Shown here piece after piece: positions 28,731 through 38,803 of a stretch of 64,000 bases of DNA (the stretch's first letter is position 1; the number at the start of each line of letters is the position of its first letter). Both the position numbers and the translations under genes were made by a program. Source of the stretch: an uncultured Chloroflexia bacterium (GTDB lineage Bacteria; Chloroflexota; Limnocylindria; Limnocylindrales; CSP1-4); NCBI GenBank assembly GCA_963705425.1, contig CAVPJO010000012.1, forward strand, positions 74,361 to 138,360. The letters run 5' to 3'. The notes under the pieces are model-generated. The model had not been told where the DNA came from and searched no databases. It saw nothing but the letters and a program-made list of their open reading frames with translations.

Positions 28731-29795
28731 CTACTGAGCGAGGCTCCCGTCGGGCATGTAGCGGCCCCATCGATGCCCGGCCTCGACCAGCGCGTGGAGG
28801 TTGTCGGCCGGGGTCTCCGGTGGTAGCGCGCAGCCGGCGCCGAGGATGAGCCCAGCGCCCGGGCCCAGGATGGCCAGCTCTTCGCGAGCTGCTTCGGTGA
28901 CGATCTCGGGCGTGCCCCTGGACACGACCTCCGAGGGGTCGATGGTGCCCAGGATGGTGGCGCGACCGCGGGCGGCCTCCTTGATGACGGCCAGATCGCA
29001 CTTGTAGTCGAGTCCCAGGACCGTGGCGCCGGTGTCGACCATGTCCGCGACGATGCGCGTGGCATCGCCGCAGATGTGGTTCTGGAGGCGCACGCCCTCG
29101 CGCAGCAGCCGCTGCGTGACACGCTGCTCGTGGGGGAAGGCGATCTGGCGGTAGATGGCCGGTGAGCAGACGTCGGGCCCGGCGATGGACTCGCCCATCG
29201 AGCTGAGCGCAGCGCCGGCCTCGATCTGCGCGGTGGCGAAGCGGTAGAAGGCCTCTTCGCAGAAGTCGAGCAGCCGGTGGAGCTGGTCCTGGCTCTCGGG
29301 CAGCATCTGGGCCACCAGGAACTCCTCCATGCCCAGGATCATGGAGGCCAGCGAGAAGGGGCCCTGGTCGGCCACGCCGATGACGAATCCGTCGTCGCCG
29401 ACCGTCTCGGCCACGATGCGCGTGGCCTTGAGGTTCTCGACCAGCGGCTTGGAGGTGGCTGGGTCGGGCAGCACCAGCCGGTCGATGTCATCGAGGCTCT
29501 TGATGGCCGGCTCCAGCGACACGGGGGCCGAGTCTTCGAGCAGCTCGACGCCGACACCGCAGGCCTCGGCCAGGGTGGCCGTGCCGCTCTCGACGAGCAG
29601 CACGTCGTGGCCGAACTCCCGCCACGAAGCGATCAGGCCCTCGGCGATGGCCTCGCCGTCGCGCATGAACTCGGGAAAGGGCAGTCGCGAGGCGTGCGCC
29701 GCCACCAGGAAGTCGTGCAGGTCCACCGGCACGCGGTCGGGGATGCCACCGGCCAACACCGTCTCGGTTCGCTCTACCGCGGTCATCTTGCTCAT
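28731..29795 (-). CDS. Uroporphyrinogen decarboxylase (URO-D/MtaA-CmuA) family protein
   Basis: N-terminal MTAVERTETVLAGGIPDRVPVDLHDF, then ...MGESIAGPDVCSPAIY...ICGDAT...DPSE. TIM-barrel URO-D-like family. Divergent from the LacI regulator. Confidence 0.7.
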   Translation of the reverse strand: MSKMTAVERTETVLAGGIPDRVPVDLHDFLVAAHASRLPFPEFMRDGEAIAEGLIASWREFGHDVLLVESGTATLAEACGVGVELLEDSAPVSLEPAIKSLDDIDRLVLPDPATSKPLVENLKATRIVAETVGDDGFVIGVADQGPFSLASMILGMEEFLVAQMLPESQDQLHRLLDFCEEAFYRFATAQIEAGAALSSMGESIAGPDVCSPAIYRQIAFPHEQRVTQRLLREGVRLQNHICGDATRIVADMVDTGATVLGLDYKCDLAVIKEAARGRATILGTIDPSEVVSRGTPEIVTEAAREELAILGPGAGLILGAGCALPPETPADNLHALVEAGHRWGRYMPDGSLAQ

Positions 29796-29964
29796 GGCGC
29801 GATGGTAGTGCCTGGGCGCTGCCTTGCGGATGCGCTTCGCTCACGATGCCGTGGTCGCGATTCGACATGGCCAGCTGGCGGATGCCCGACCGGCAGGAGC
29901 CCTGAGGCCGGGGTGGTGCCCTCGATCGGGAGCGCTACCGATCGCGATCTCGTGGAGAACCCCC

Positions 29965-29994
29965 TTGACAAGCCGGCGCCCCAGGGCACAGTAT
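29965..29994 (+). promoter_or_regulatory. Candidate sigma-70-type promoter (TTGACA-N18-CAGTAT) upstream of the lacI-type regulator and sugar ABC operon
   Basis: TTGACA at 29965-29970 and CAGTAT at 29989-29994. Followed by ATCGATTTACTGAAACGATTGA, which contains a CGATT direct repeat and a LacI-operator-like TGAAACG core. Confidence 0.3.
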
Positions 29995-30168
29995 CGATTT
30001 ACTGAAACGATTGAGTGAAGGACTCGCCGCGGCCAGGGAGGGTCGCAGCGATGCTTGATCGGCAGGAGGAGATGGGACGTTGACCCAGGACCCAACGGTC
30101 ATGAGGGGAACTCCGGCGCGGTGCCGTCCGTGACCCCGACCCGCCCACCGCGTGGACGCCGAGCGCGC

Positions 30169-31212
30169 ATGGCCGACGTGGCCGCGGCCGCCGGCGTCTC
30201 GACCACCACCGTCTCGGTCGTGCTCAGCGGCAAGGCCGGTACCTCGATCCCCGACATCACCCAGGAACGCGTCTTCGAGGCCAGCCGCGCGCTGGGCTAC
30301 CGCGCCAACACCGTGGCCCGCAACCTGCGCCGGCAGAGCAGCGAGACCATCGGCCTCATCTCCGACACCATCGCCTCCACACCCTTCGCCGGAGCCATGA
30401 TCCACGGCGCCGACCAGGTCGCGGCTGCGGCCGGCATGACGCTCATGATCATCAACACCGAGCGCGACCCCGACGTCGAGGCGAGGGCCATCGACACGCT
30501 GCTTGGCCGGCAGGTGGACGCCATCATCTACGCCACCATGTGGCATCAGGTCGTGGAGTTGCCCGAGGGCCTCAAGGACGTTAACTGCGTCATCCTGGAC
30601 TCGCGCACCGACGACCCCAGCGACTCCTGGGTGGTGCCCGACGAGGAGCTCGGCGGCTACATGGCTGCCTGTCATCTCATCGAACGCGGCCATCGGCGCA
30701 TCGGCTACCTGCGCGAGGCCAACCCGTACCCGGCTGATTCCGAACGCTTCGCCGGCTACCGCCGAGCTCTCCGGGAGCACGGCATCGACTTCGAGCCGGA
30801 GCTCGTGGCGGTCGACCAGAACGACCCCTTCGGTGGTGCCATCGCCGCCGCCAAGCTGCTCGAGCTGGCCGAACCACCCACCGCCATCCAGTGCTACACC
30901 GACCGCATGGCCATGGGCGCCTACCGCGCCATCCGCCGTGCCGGCTTGACCGTCCCTGACGACGTCTCTGTCATCGGGTTCGACAACCAGGACCAGATCG
31001 CGCCCTGGCTCGACCCGCCGCTCACCACCATGAAGCTGCCCCATGAAGCCATGGGCCGCTGGGCGGTCGAGCACCTACTTCGAGTCCTCAGCGGTGAGGC
31101 CGAGGGACCACGGCAACAGCGGATGGATTGTCCGCTGGTGGTCCGCGATTCGGTCGCACCGCCCCGCGACGGGGCGGGAGTGCCGCCCCGCCCTAGGCGG
31201 GGGACGTCGTGA
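30169..31212 (+). CDS. LacI-family transcriptional regulator
   Basis: Frame of ORF 30055..31212. HTH MADVAAAAGVSTTTVSVVLSGK, then YRANTVARNLRR and a periplasmic-binding-fold sugar domain. An upstream GTG start is possible. Confidence 0.88.
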   Translation: MADVAAAAGVSTTTVSVVLSGKAGTSIPDITQERVFEASRALGYRANTVARNLRRQSSETIGLISDTIASTPFAGAMIHGADQVAAAAGMTLMIINTERDPDVEARAIDTLLGRQVDAIIYATMWHQVVELPEGLKDVNCVILDSRTDDPSDSWVVPDEELGGYMAACHLIERGHRRIGYLREANPYPADSERFAGYRRALREHGIDFEPELVAVDQNDPFGGAIAAAKLLELAEPPTAIQCYTDRMAMGAYRAIRRAGLTVPDDVSVIGFDNQDQIAPWLDPPLTTMKLPHEAMGRWAVEHLLRVLSGEAEGPRQQRMDCPLVVRDSVAPPRDGAGVPPRPRRGTS

Positions 31213-31267
31213 TCGCATGCGCCCCGCGACGGTCACGGATGGTTCATACGGGGCAAGGAGGAAGGAT

Positions 31268-32669
31268 ATGATCCATTCCAACACCAGTCGCAAGGTGGCC
31301 CTGCTGGCCTCTGCCGCGCTGGTCGGTACCGCCTTCGCCGCCGCACCCGTGGCGGCACAGGGCGACCCGAACGTCTGCGACGGCGTCATCGAGGGTCCCT
31401 TGACCCTGCAGATGACGATGCACACCGGCTCGAACCCGGGTGCGGAGATGGCGACCGTCGAGGCCTTCAATGCCGGGCCGGGCGCCGAGCTGGGCGTGAC
31501 CGTCGACGTCATCCCCATCGGCGAGACGGCCTACGAGACGGCCATCACCAGTGCTGCGGCGGCCGGCGAGATGCCGGACCTCGTGGACATGGATGGCCCG
31601 ACCCTCTATCCGTTCGCGTTCAACGGCTTGCTGCGACCCATCACCAGCTGCGCGGATGCCGAGAAGCTCGGCTATTTCCTCAACTCGATCATCGAGCAGG
31701 GAACCTACAACGGCGAGCTCTACTCGCTGGGCAGCTTCGAGTCCGGCATGGGCATCTGGACCCACAAGTCCATGCTTGAAGCCATCGGGGCACGGATCCA
31801 CCGGGATCGACGATGCCTGGACGGGCGATGAGTTCGACCAGATCCTGCGCGACCTCCAGGCGGCAGGCTATGGCGCCAATGGTCCACTCGACATCAAGTG
31901 GCACTACGGTGCCGGCGAGTGGCGCGCCTACGGTTTCGCGCCCATCATCCAGTCGGCGGGCGGTGACCTCATCGACCGCTCGACCATGAAGAGCTCCAGC
32001 GGCGTGCTCAACGGCCCCGAGTCCGTGGGTGCCCTGTCCCAGTTCCAGACCTGGGTCAGCGACGGCCTGATCGACCTCATCGCCGAGGACGACAACAACT
32101 TCACCGTTGGTCCAGACGGCGCGCCCAACACCGGCGACGAGACGCCGCTTTCGTGGGTGGGTCACTGGATGTTCACGCTCTACGACGAGAACCTGGGAGA
32201 CGACCTCGTCCTCCTGCCGCTGCCGGACTTCGGCACGGGTAGCAAGGGAGCCATGGGTTCGTGGAACTGGGCTGTCTCAAGCGGTGCTGACGGCATCCCC
32301 GGCAGCGGTGACGAGGTCGATCTGGACGCAGCCTGGGCGTTCATCGATTACGCGACCAGCCCTGAGTCGGTGCTGCGTTTCGTGAACGGCTATGGCGCTG
32401 TTCCGCCGACGCCCGACCTGACCGATTTCCCCGGCTTCGAGCCGGGCGCAGAGCGAGCCGTGTATATCGATTACCTGGCCAACGCGATGTCGGACCCGCA
32501 AGCGACGGCGAACGGGTCGGTGGCGCGACCGGCGACGGCCGCCTATCTGTTCATCCGTGACCGCTTCTCGGAGGCTCTCGCGGACATCGTGGCAGGCGCT
32601 GATGTCCAGTCCACATTGGACAACATCGCCATGCAGATCGATCAGGAGATCGAGGACGTCGGCTACTAG
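31268..32669 (+). CDS. Carbohydrate ABC transporter substrate-binding protein; frame interrupted near 31799
   Basis: AAGGAGGAAGGAT precedes ATG 31268. Signal peptide MIHSNTSRKVALLASAALVGTAFAAAPVAAQG. ORF 31043..31831 (to ...MLEAIGARI) continues in the frame of ORF 31551..32669 (TGIDDAWTGDEF...). Confidence 0.78.
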
Positions 32670-32745
32670 CCGATAGCGTCATCGGGTGCGGGGCATGTCC
32701 GATGCTCTGCACCCGATGTTCCACCGAGGGAAGGGTGAGGCGAAG

Positions 32746-33702
32746 ATGAGCGTGGTATCAAGTGGCGCTGCCCGCGCAGGGGGCACAGGTTCCCCTGGGC
32801 AAGGACGGCCCAGGTTCGGAGGGGACTCGGTCGCTGGCTGGCTGTTCTCAGCACCGGCACTCATCCTCATCACCTGCTTCATCATCCTGCCGTTCGTGCT
32901 GGCGTTCTACTTCTCGTTCACCAACGAGCGACTGCTGTCGCCGCCCGGACGAGAGACGCAGTGGATCGGCTTCGACAACTACGCGCGCGTCTTCAACAAC
33001 CCGCGGTTCTGGACGGCCCTGACCAACAACGTCGCGTTCAGCCTCGTGGTGGTCCCACTGCAGACCTTCTTCGCCCTCTTCCTGGCCATCCTCGTGAACC
33101 AGAAGCTACGGGGCGTGGTCGTGTTTCGCACGATCTTCTTCATCCCCATCACGGTGGTCATGGCAGCGACTGCGGTCATCTGGATCGTGCTGCTGAATCC
33201 CCAGGGGCTCATCAACGCGTTCTTCGAGATCATCACCTTCGGCAACTTCTCGCCGGACTGGCTGGGTGACCCGGCATACGCACTCGCCGGCATCATCATG
33301 GTGTCCATCTGGGCCAGTGTCGGCTTCCAGATGGTCATCCTCCTTGCCGCCCTGCAGGACGTGCCCGAGTCGCTCTATGAGGCGGCACGCCTCGACGGCG
33401 CCAACAACTGGCAGCAGTTCCTCCACGTCACGTTGCCCGGCATCCGCAACCCGCTGCTCTTCGTGCTGACCATCACCACGATCCTGGCGTTCCGCCTGTT
33501 CGATCAGGTCTGGATCATGCCCGACAGACCGGGCGGGCCGCTCGATGCCACTCGCACCCTGATGGTCGACATCGTCGACACCGGTCTCAATCAACAGAAC
33601 GTGGGCCGCGGTTCGGCACTCTCGGTCATCTTCCTGTTCATCGTGCTCGCCGTGACCATCGTCCAGCGCCGGTTGGTCAAGCAGGAAGGAGAGGTCAAGT
33701 GA
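32746..33702 (+). CDS. Carbohydrate ABC transporter permease (MalF/UgpA-like)
   Basis: Frame of ORF 32686..33702. Multi-TM with the EAA loop region LYEAARLDGANNWQQFLHVTLPGIRNPL. Confidence 0.85.
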   Translation: MSVVSSGAARAGGTGSPGQGRPRFGGDSVAGWLFSAPALILITCFIILPFVLAFYFSFTNERLLSPPGRETQWIGFDNYARVFNNPRFWTALTNNVAFSLVVVPLQTFFALFLAILVNQKLRGVVVFRTIFFIPITVVMAATAVIWIVLLNPQGLINAFFEIITFGNFSPDWLGDPAYALAGIIMVSIWASVGFQMVILLAALQDVPESLYEAARLDGANNWQQFLHVTLPGIRNPLLFVLTITTILAFRLFDQVWIMPDRPGGPLDATRTLMVDIVDTGLNQQNVGRGSALSVIFLFIVLAVTIVQRRLVKQEGEVK

Positions 33703-34604
33703 GCGCCGCCACGAATCGCGCCCCTGCGGGCCAAGGCGCCACGCTCAAGGAGGCCAACGCCTCCATCCGCCGTCAGCACATCCGCCACTATGCCCTGGGG
33801 TACGGGATCCTGATCCTGCTGGCGCTGTTCTTCATCTTTCCCATCGCCTTCATGATCGTGGGCGCGTTCAAGGCCGACACGTCGGTCATCGCCGACAGCG
33901 GCAGCCTCAAGGCCTTCATCCCGCAGCCCTTCGTGGGGCTGGAGAACTTCCAGCAGGCAGCCGAACGAGGCAACTTCTGGATCTCGTTCCGCAATTCCGC
34001 CGTCATCTCGGCGGGCATCGTCTTCGGCGGGCTGCTCGTCAACAGCCTCTTCGGCTACGCGCTCGCTCGCGTGCCGTTCCGGGGCAGGAGAGTGATCCTC
34101 CTGCTCGTCGTGGCGCTGATCATCGTGCCCTTCGAGACGCTGGCGGTGCCGCTGCTGTTGATCATGGCGGAGCTCGGCTGGACAGACACGCTGCACGCCC
34201 AGATCATCCCGTTCCTCGCACAGCCGTTGTACATCTTCCTGTTCTACTCGTTCTTCCTGGGCATCCCCAGGGAGCTCGAAGAAGCGGCCAAGATCGACGG
34301 TGCCGGGGCAGTCACCACGTTCTTCCGCATCGCGGCGCCGCTGGCCAAGCCCGCCTATGCGGCCGCCGGCATCCTCATGTTCCTGGCCTCGTGGGGTCAA
34401 TACCTGTGGCCGGTCATGGTCACGCGAAGCGTCGAGGCCCGACCACTACCGATGGGCATCGCGGAGTTCCAGGGACTGCCACCGCGCGACTGGGGCGACA
34501 TCATGGCCTACGCGGCGATGATGGTCATTCCGCTGCTGATCGTGTTCATCATCTTCCAGCGCCAGTTCGTGCGTGGCGTGGCCACCAGCGGCCTGAAGGG
34601 CTAG
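33699..34604 (+). CDS. Carbohydrate ABC transporter permease (MalG/UgpE-like)
   Basis: EAA loop ELEEAAKIDGAGAVTTFFRIAAPLAKPA. GTGA overlap with the upstream permease. Confidence 0.85.
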   Translation: MSAATNRAPAGQGATLKEANASIRRQHIRHYALGYGILILLALFFIFPIAFMIVGAFKADTSVIADSGSLKAFIPQPFVGLENFQQAAERGNFWISFRNSAVISAGIVFGGLLVNSLFGYALARVPFRGRRVILLLVVALIIVPFETLAVPLLLIMAELGWTDTLHAQIIPFLAQPLYIFLFYSFFLGIPRELEEAAKIDGAGAVTTFFRIAAPLAKPAYAAAGILMFLASWGQYLWPVMVTRSVEARPLPMGIAEFQGLPPRDWGDIMAYAAMMVIPLLIVFIIFQRQFVRGVATSGLKG

Positions 34605-34607
34605 GTA

Positions 34608-35546
34608 GTGCTACGACTCCCTGACAAGTGGGTGTGGGACTTCTGGATCGCTGATACCGGCTCGGAGTTCCACATCTTCTTCCTGCAAGCGCCGAAGTCC
34701 CTCGGTGCGCAGATCGAACGACACTGGAATGCCACGGTCGGCCACGCGGTCTCGATCGACCTTCGTCAGTGGGAAGTGCTGGGAACGGCCCTCGAGCCGG
34801 GCCCCGTGGGGTCATGGGAGGGGATGGCCACCTGGACCGGCTCGGTGCTGGAAGACGGTGGCACGTGGTATTGCTTCTACACGGGCACCAAGCAGACCCG
34901 ATCGGGAGTGGAGCAGCGCATCGCCCTCGCCACTTCGACGGACTTGGTCTCGTGGGCCAGGCATCCGTCGAACCCGCTGATCGAGTTCGACCCTCGCTGG
35001 TACGAGCTCGTGGAGTTTGATGCGTGGCGTGACCCATGGGTCACACGCGACCCTGACGGAGACGGATTCCACGCCCTGATCACAGCCCGCGCCAGGACGG
35101 GCGAACTCGACGCGCGTGGCGTCATCGGTCACGCTTGGTCGGCGGACCTGACCCACTGGGAGGTCCGCCCCCCACTGTCGGAGCCGGGCGATTTCGGGCA
35201 TCTGGAGGTTCCACAGGTCGAGGTCGTGGACGGGACGCCCGTGCTGCTGTTCTCGGTCGGGGCCGATCGATTCAGCGCTGCGCGTCAGGCACGACACCCC
35301 GGCGAGCCACCAGCCACTTTCGTGGCCGTCGGTGAGTCCCTGCTCGGTCCGTGGGACATCGCTGGGGCTCGGCGGATCCCGGTGCCCGACCTGTACTCGG
35401 CGCGCCTCGTCCGTGACCGGGCCGGCGAGTGGCAGGTACTCGGCTTCTTCGACGGCGGTGTCCACGGCGCTTTCATCGGCGAGATCAGCGACCCCATCCC
35501 ATTCAAGGAGTTGGACCTCATCTCCGCGCCCATCACGGAAGGCTGA
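34608..35546 (+). CDS. Cytoplasmic clan GH-J (GH32/GH68-like) five-bladed propeller glycosidase or fructosyl-transferase-like enzyme
   Basis: Nucleophile-type motif DKWVWDFW, RDP motif AWRDPWVTRDPDG, and later HLEVPQV. No signal peptide. Confidence 0.55.
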   Translation: MLRLPDKWVWDFWIADTGSEFHIFFLQAPKSLGAQIERHWNATVGHAVSIDLRQWEVLGTALEPGPVGSWEGMATWTGSVLEDGGTWYCFYTGTKQTRSGVEQRIALATSTDLVSWARHPSNPLIEFDPRWYELVEFDAWRDPWVTRDPDGDGFHALITARARTGELDARGVIGHAWSADLTHWEVRPPLSEPGDFGHLEVPQVEVVDGTPVLLFSVGADRFSAARQARHPGEPPATFVAVGESLLGPWDIAGARRIPVPDLYSARLVRDRAGEWQVLGFFDGGVHGAFIGEISDPIPFKELDLISAPITEG

Positions 35547-35563
35547 CGGGATGGTGACCTGAC

Positions 35564-36756
35564 GTGGCGATTCGTGACCTGGGACCGCGTGGCGCCATCG
35601 AGGGCCAGGCTGATGGGAGTTTCGGGCCCGTGGTCGATATCTTCGTGGCCAACTTCCTCGAGCGCGGCGATGTCGGCGCGGCGCTCTCGCTCTTCGTAGA
35701 TGGAGCGCGCGTGGTCGATCTATGGGGTGGTCTGGCGGACCCACGGACGGGACGCGCGTGGACAGCGGAGACGCCCACCCCTGTCTTCTCGTGCAGCAAG
35801 GGCATCCTGGCCATCTGCGCCTATCTGCTCGTCCAGGACGGCCGTCTCGACCTCGATGCCCCGGTGGTCGATTACTGGCCTGAGTTCGGCCAGCAGGGCA
35901 AGGCCGGCATCCCTGTCCGTTGGCTCTTCAGCCATAGGGCGGGCCTCTTGTCGCTCCAACAGCCCTTGACCCGCGCCGAGGTCCTCGCCTGGATCCGGTC
36001 ATCCGAGCCATCGAGCGCCAGCCACCGCTGTGGCCCCCCGGCAGCGACCACACGTATCACCCGCTGACGTACGGCTGGCTCACCGGCGAGATCATCCGCA
36101 TCATCACGGGACAGACGCCGGGTGCGTTCTTTCGCGAGCGGCTCGCGGGGCCACTGGGGCTCCGCACCTGGATCGGCCTGCCGGCGGAGGAGCGCCACGC
36201 CGTCGCCTGGATGCTGCCGTCGTTGTCCGACAGCGATCTCGAGGCTGCCCGCGCCAACGCCGAGATGCTCTCCGACCCAGTGGTCATTCGCGGGTTCACG
36301 ATGGGCGGCGCCTTCGGCCCCATCGTGGACGGGGACTACGTCACGTTCAACGACCCCGATATCCAGGCCGCCGAGGTGCCGGCGGCCAACGGCATCACGG
36401 ACGCGCGCTCGCTCGCCCGACTGTACGCCAGTTGCGTCAGCGAGATCGACGGCCCGACGGTTCTGAGCAAAGCCTCGATCGAGGACGCTCTCGTCGAGCG
36501 CTCACGGGGCCGGCAGCGGCTCGGCGGCCCCGATCGCGGGGAGCGCTGGGGCACGGGCTTCCTCCTCGATTCGCGACCGGCCTGTCCGATGCTCGGGCCT
36601 CGCAGCTTCGGCCACCCCGGGGCGGGCGGCGCGCTCGCCTTCGCCGATGACGAACACCACGTGGGCTTCGCCTACGTCAACAACCAGATGGGCGGCATGC
36701 CCGACGATCGCGCGAGCCTGCTCGTGGCGGCCGTCCGTGAGTGCGTCGGTGACTGA
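35564..36756 (+). CDS. Beta-lactamase-fold serine hydrolase/esterase (class C/EstB-like); frame interrupted near 35991
   Basis: SxxK motif FSCSKGI in ORF 35564..36067. After ...AEVLAW the sequence continues one frame back as DPVIRAIERQPPLWPPGSDHTYHPLTYGWLTGEIIRIITG..., joining ORF 36211..36756 (GHPGAGGALAFAD). Confidence 0.75.
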
Positions 36757-36796
36757 CGGATCTCATCCCAGTGCTAGGCCTCGGCCTGCTCTTTAG

Positions 36797-38759
36797 GTGC
36801 TTGCCCGCAGGTCGGCGAGGGATGCGACACTCAGACGCGTGAAGCAGCCTGACACATTCCCCAGCGGCCAGACCTTCCGTGGCGTGGTGGTCGTGCCCTA
36901 CACGCAGCTGCTGGACCGCTGGAACGACGGTGACTGGCATCGCGGCGGTCCCATCTGGCCCCACTGGGAGTCGCAAGTCGGAGCGCGGCACTGCCGGGCC
37001 GGCAAGCCCATCGATGTGCCGCCCGATGCACCCGAGGGCGTGCCCGACCACGTCGACGCGCTGGCCTGGGGTGGCGGCATCGATCCGGTCTTCGGACACC
37101 AGATCGCCGACTTCTCGGCGCGGCTGCTGGCCACCATGCTGGCACGCCCCGAGCTGCCCATCGCCTTCGCCACCAAGCCCGAGTTCGGCTGGCGGACCAT
37201 CGACGAGGCACCGGGCTTCTTCCGGGCCATCCTCGACTGGTTCGGCCTGCCGTCGGAGCGCGTCCACATCGTCAACGAGCCCACGATCGTCGGCGAGCTC
37301 TTCGTGGCTCCGCAGGCTGAGCAGCTCTACGGCCCGGGCCCCGACGCCGCCTACCTCGAGGCGCTCGATGAGCTGACCGTCCGCCGGCTGGGCGAGCCGC
37401 CGGCCGGCAGCGACGTCCCGCTCTACGTCTCGCGCGCCGGGATCTCCACGCCGTTCGCGGGTGAGGCCTACCTGGAGCGCGCCCTGGAGGCCGCCGGTGC
37501 CCGGGTCATGCGACCCGAGTCGCATGCGCTGCTGACGCAGATCCGCACCTACCGGGACTCGCGCCATATCATCTATGCGGAGGGTTCGGCGCTGCATACG
37601 CTGCAGCTATTGGGCCATATCGACACGCAGGTCGACGTGCTCGTGCGGCGCCCGGGCGTCCGTGTCGCCGAGGCCAGCCTGGCACCGCGGGTTCGCGGCC
37701 TGACCTACGTGGAGGGCACCGAGCACCTGCTCCACAGCCTGGCTCCGAGTGGCCGCCAATCCCACCACCGCGGCCTGCCCCTGCTGCGCGAAGACGACAT
37801 CCCCGCGATGTTCGGCCGCCTCGGTGTCGACCTCGCCGGGCACTGGGACGCGGCCGCCTTCCGCCGCTCGCGCGACGAGGCCGTGCTGGCCTGGATCGAC
37901 GTGCAGGCCACCGAGATCGACCGCCACGGCCACGGCTCGGTCGAATACATGCTCGACGGCCTCGGCTCCATGGGCCTGGCTCACCTCGTCGACGAGGCCG
38001 CGCTCCGGCTCGAACCGCTGCGCGACCATCTCGATTCGATCGTGGTCCAGCGGCGGCCACGCGATCCCGACCGGCCGACGGTGCTGCTCCTGCACATCCC
38101 GCGCACGGCGGGCACGGCCGTCCGCGAGGCGCTCGAGACCGTCGTGCCCGAGGACGAGCGGCGCTACGTCTACGACGACATGGCGGTCGAGGGGGCCATC
38201 AGCTCCGCGGACTTCGTGCAGCTGCGCACCGAGGAGCGCTCCGGCCTGGCGCTGGTGATGGGCGACTTCGCCTACGGCCTGCATGAGCACCTCCCGGGCC
38301 CGGCACGCTATGTGGCCCTCATGCGCCATCCCATCAGCCGCGTCATCTCCCTTTATCATGCCCGTGCCCGCGAGGCCGCCGCGGGGGGCCTGACCCCCGC
38401 GCCGCTGGCCGAGTGGGTCTTCAGCGACCGTCGCATCGAAGCCGACAACGCCATGGTGCGGGCCATCTCCGGCCGGCCGGGCGTGCCCTTCGGATCATGC
38501 ACCGACGACATGCTCGAGGAGGCCATCGCCCACATCGAGGCCGACTTCGAGGCCGTCCTCGTGCGCGGCTCCATGCAGCGCAGCACGGTCGTGCTGGGCC
38601 GGGCCATAGGGGCCACCCTGCCCCTCGTTCGCGTCGTCAACGCCGATTCCCGAGGGCCTCGATGCGACGTCGGTGGAGAAGCCGCTGCGCAAGCGCATCC
38701 GAGAACTCAACCACCTCGACGTGGCGCTCTTCCGTCACTATTCCGACACGCTCCACTGA
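36797..38759 (+). CDS. Two-domain protein: GT61/DUF563-like glycosyltransferase fused to a Sulfotransfer_2-type sulfotransferase; frame interrupted near 38650
   Basis: N-terminal half: PLYVSRAGISTPFAGEAYLERALEAAGARVMRPESHALLTQIRTYRDSRHIIYAEGSALHTL (DUF563 pattern). C-terminal half: TVLLLHIPRTAGTAVREALE and YVALMRHPISRVISLYH. The frame-2 tail is junk. Frame 0 reads EGLDATSVEKPLRKRIRELNHLDVALFRHYSDTLH and stops at 38757-38759. Confidence 0.65.
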
Positions 38760-38760
38760 G

Positions 38761-38803
38761 CCAGGCTGACCACTGGGCCAGGCTGACCACTGGGTCAGGC
38801 TGA
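38761..38803. repeat. 17-bp tandem repeat CCAGGCTGACCACTGGG x2 plus a partial third copy
   Basis: Exact copies at 38761-38777 and 38778-38794. A degenerate third copy TCAGGCTGA contains the rfbD stop codon (complement of 38795-38797). Each unit is itself a small hairpin (CCAG...CTGG). Confidence 0.9.

Noticed and set aside
31794-35996. BamHI (GGATCC) and BglII (AGATCT) sites at three frameshift junctions considered as evidence of cloning or ligation artefacts or engineered sequence.
   Set aside because: Flanking sequence is collinear with the same protein on both sides, so there is no chimeric junction. Most other junctions lack such sites. A GATC-context base-calling bias is the more economical reading and is reported in the findings.
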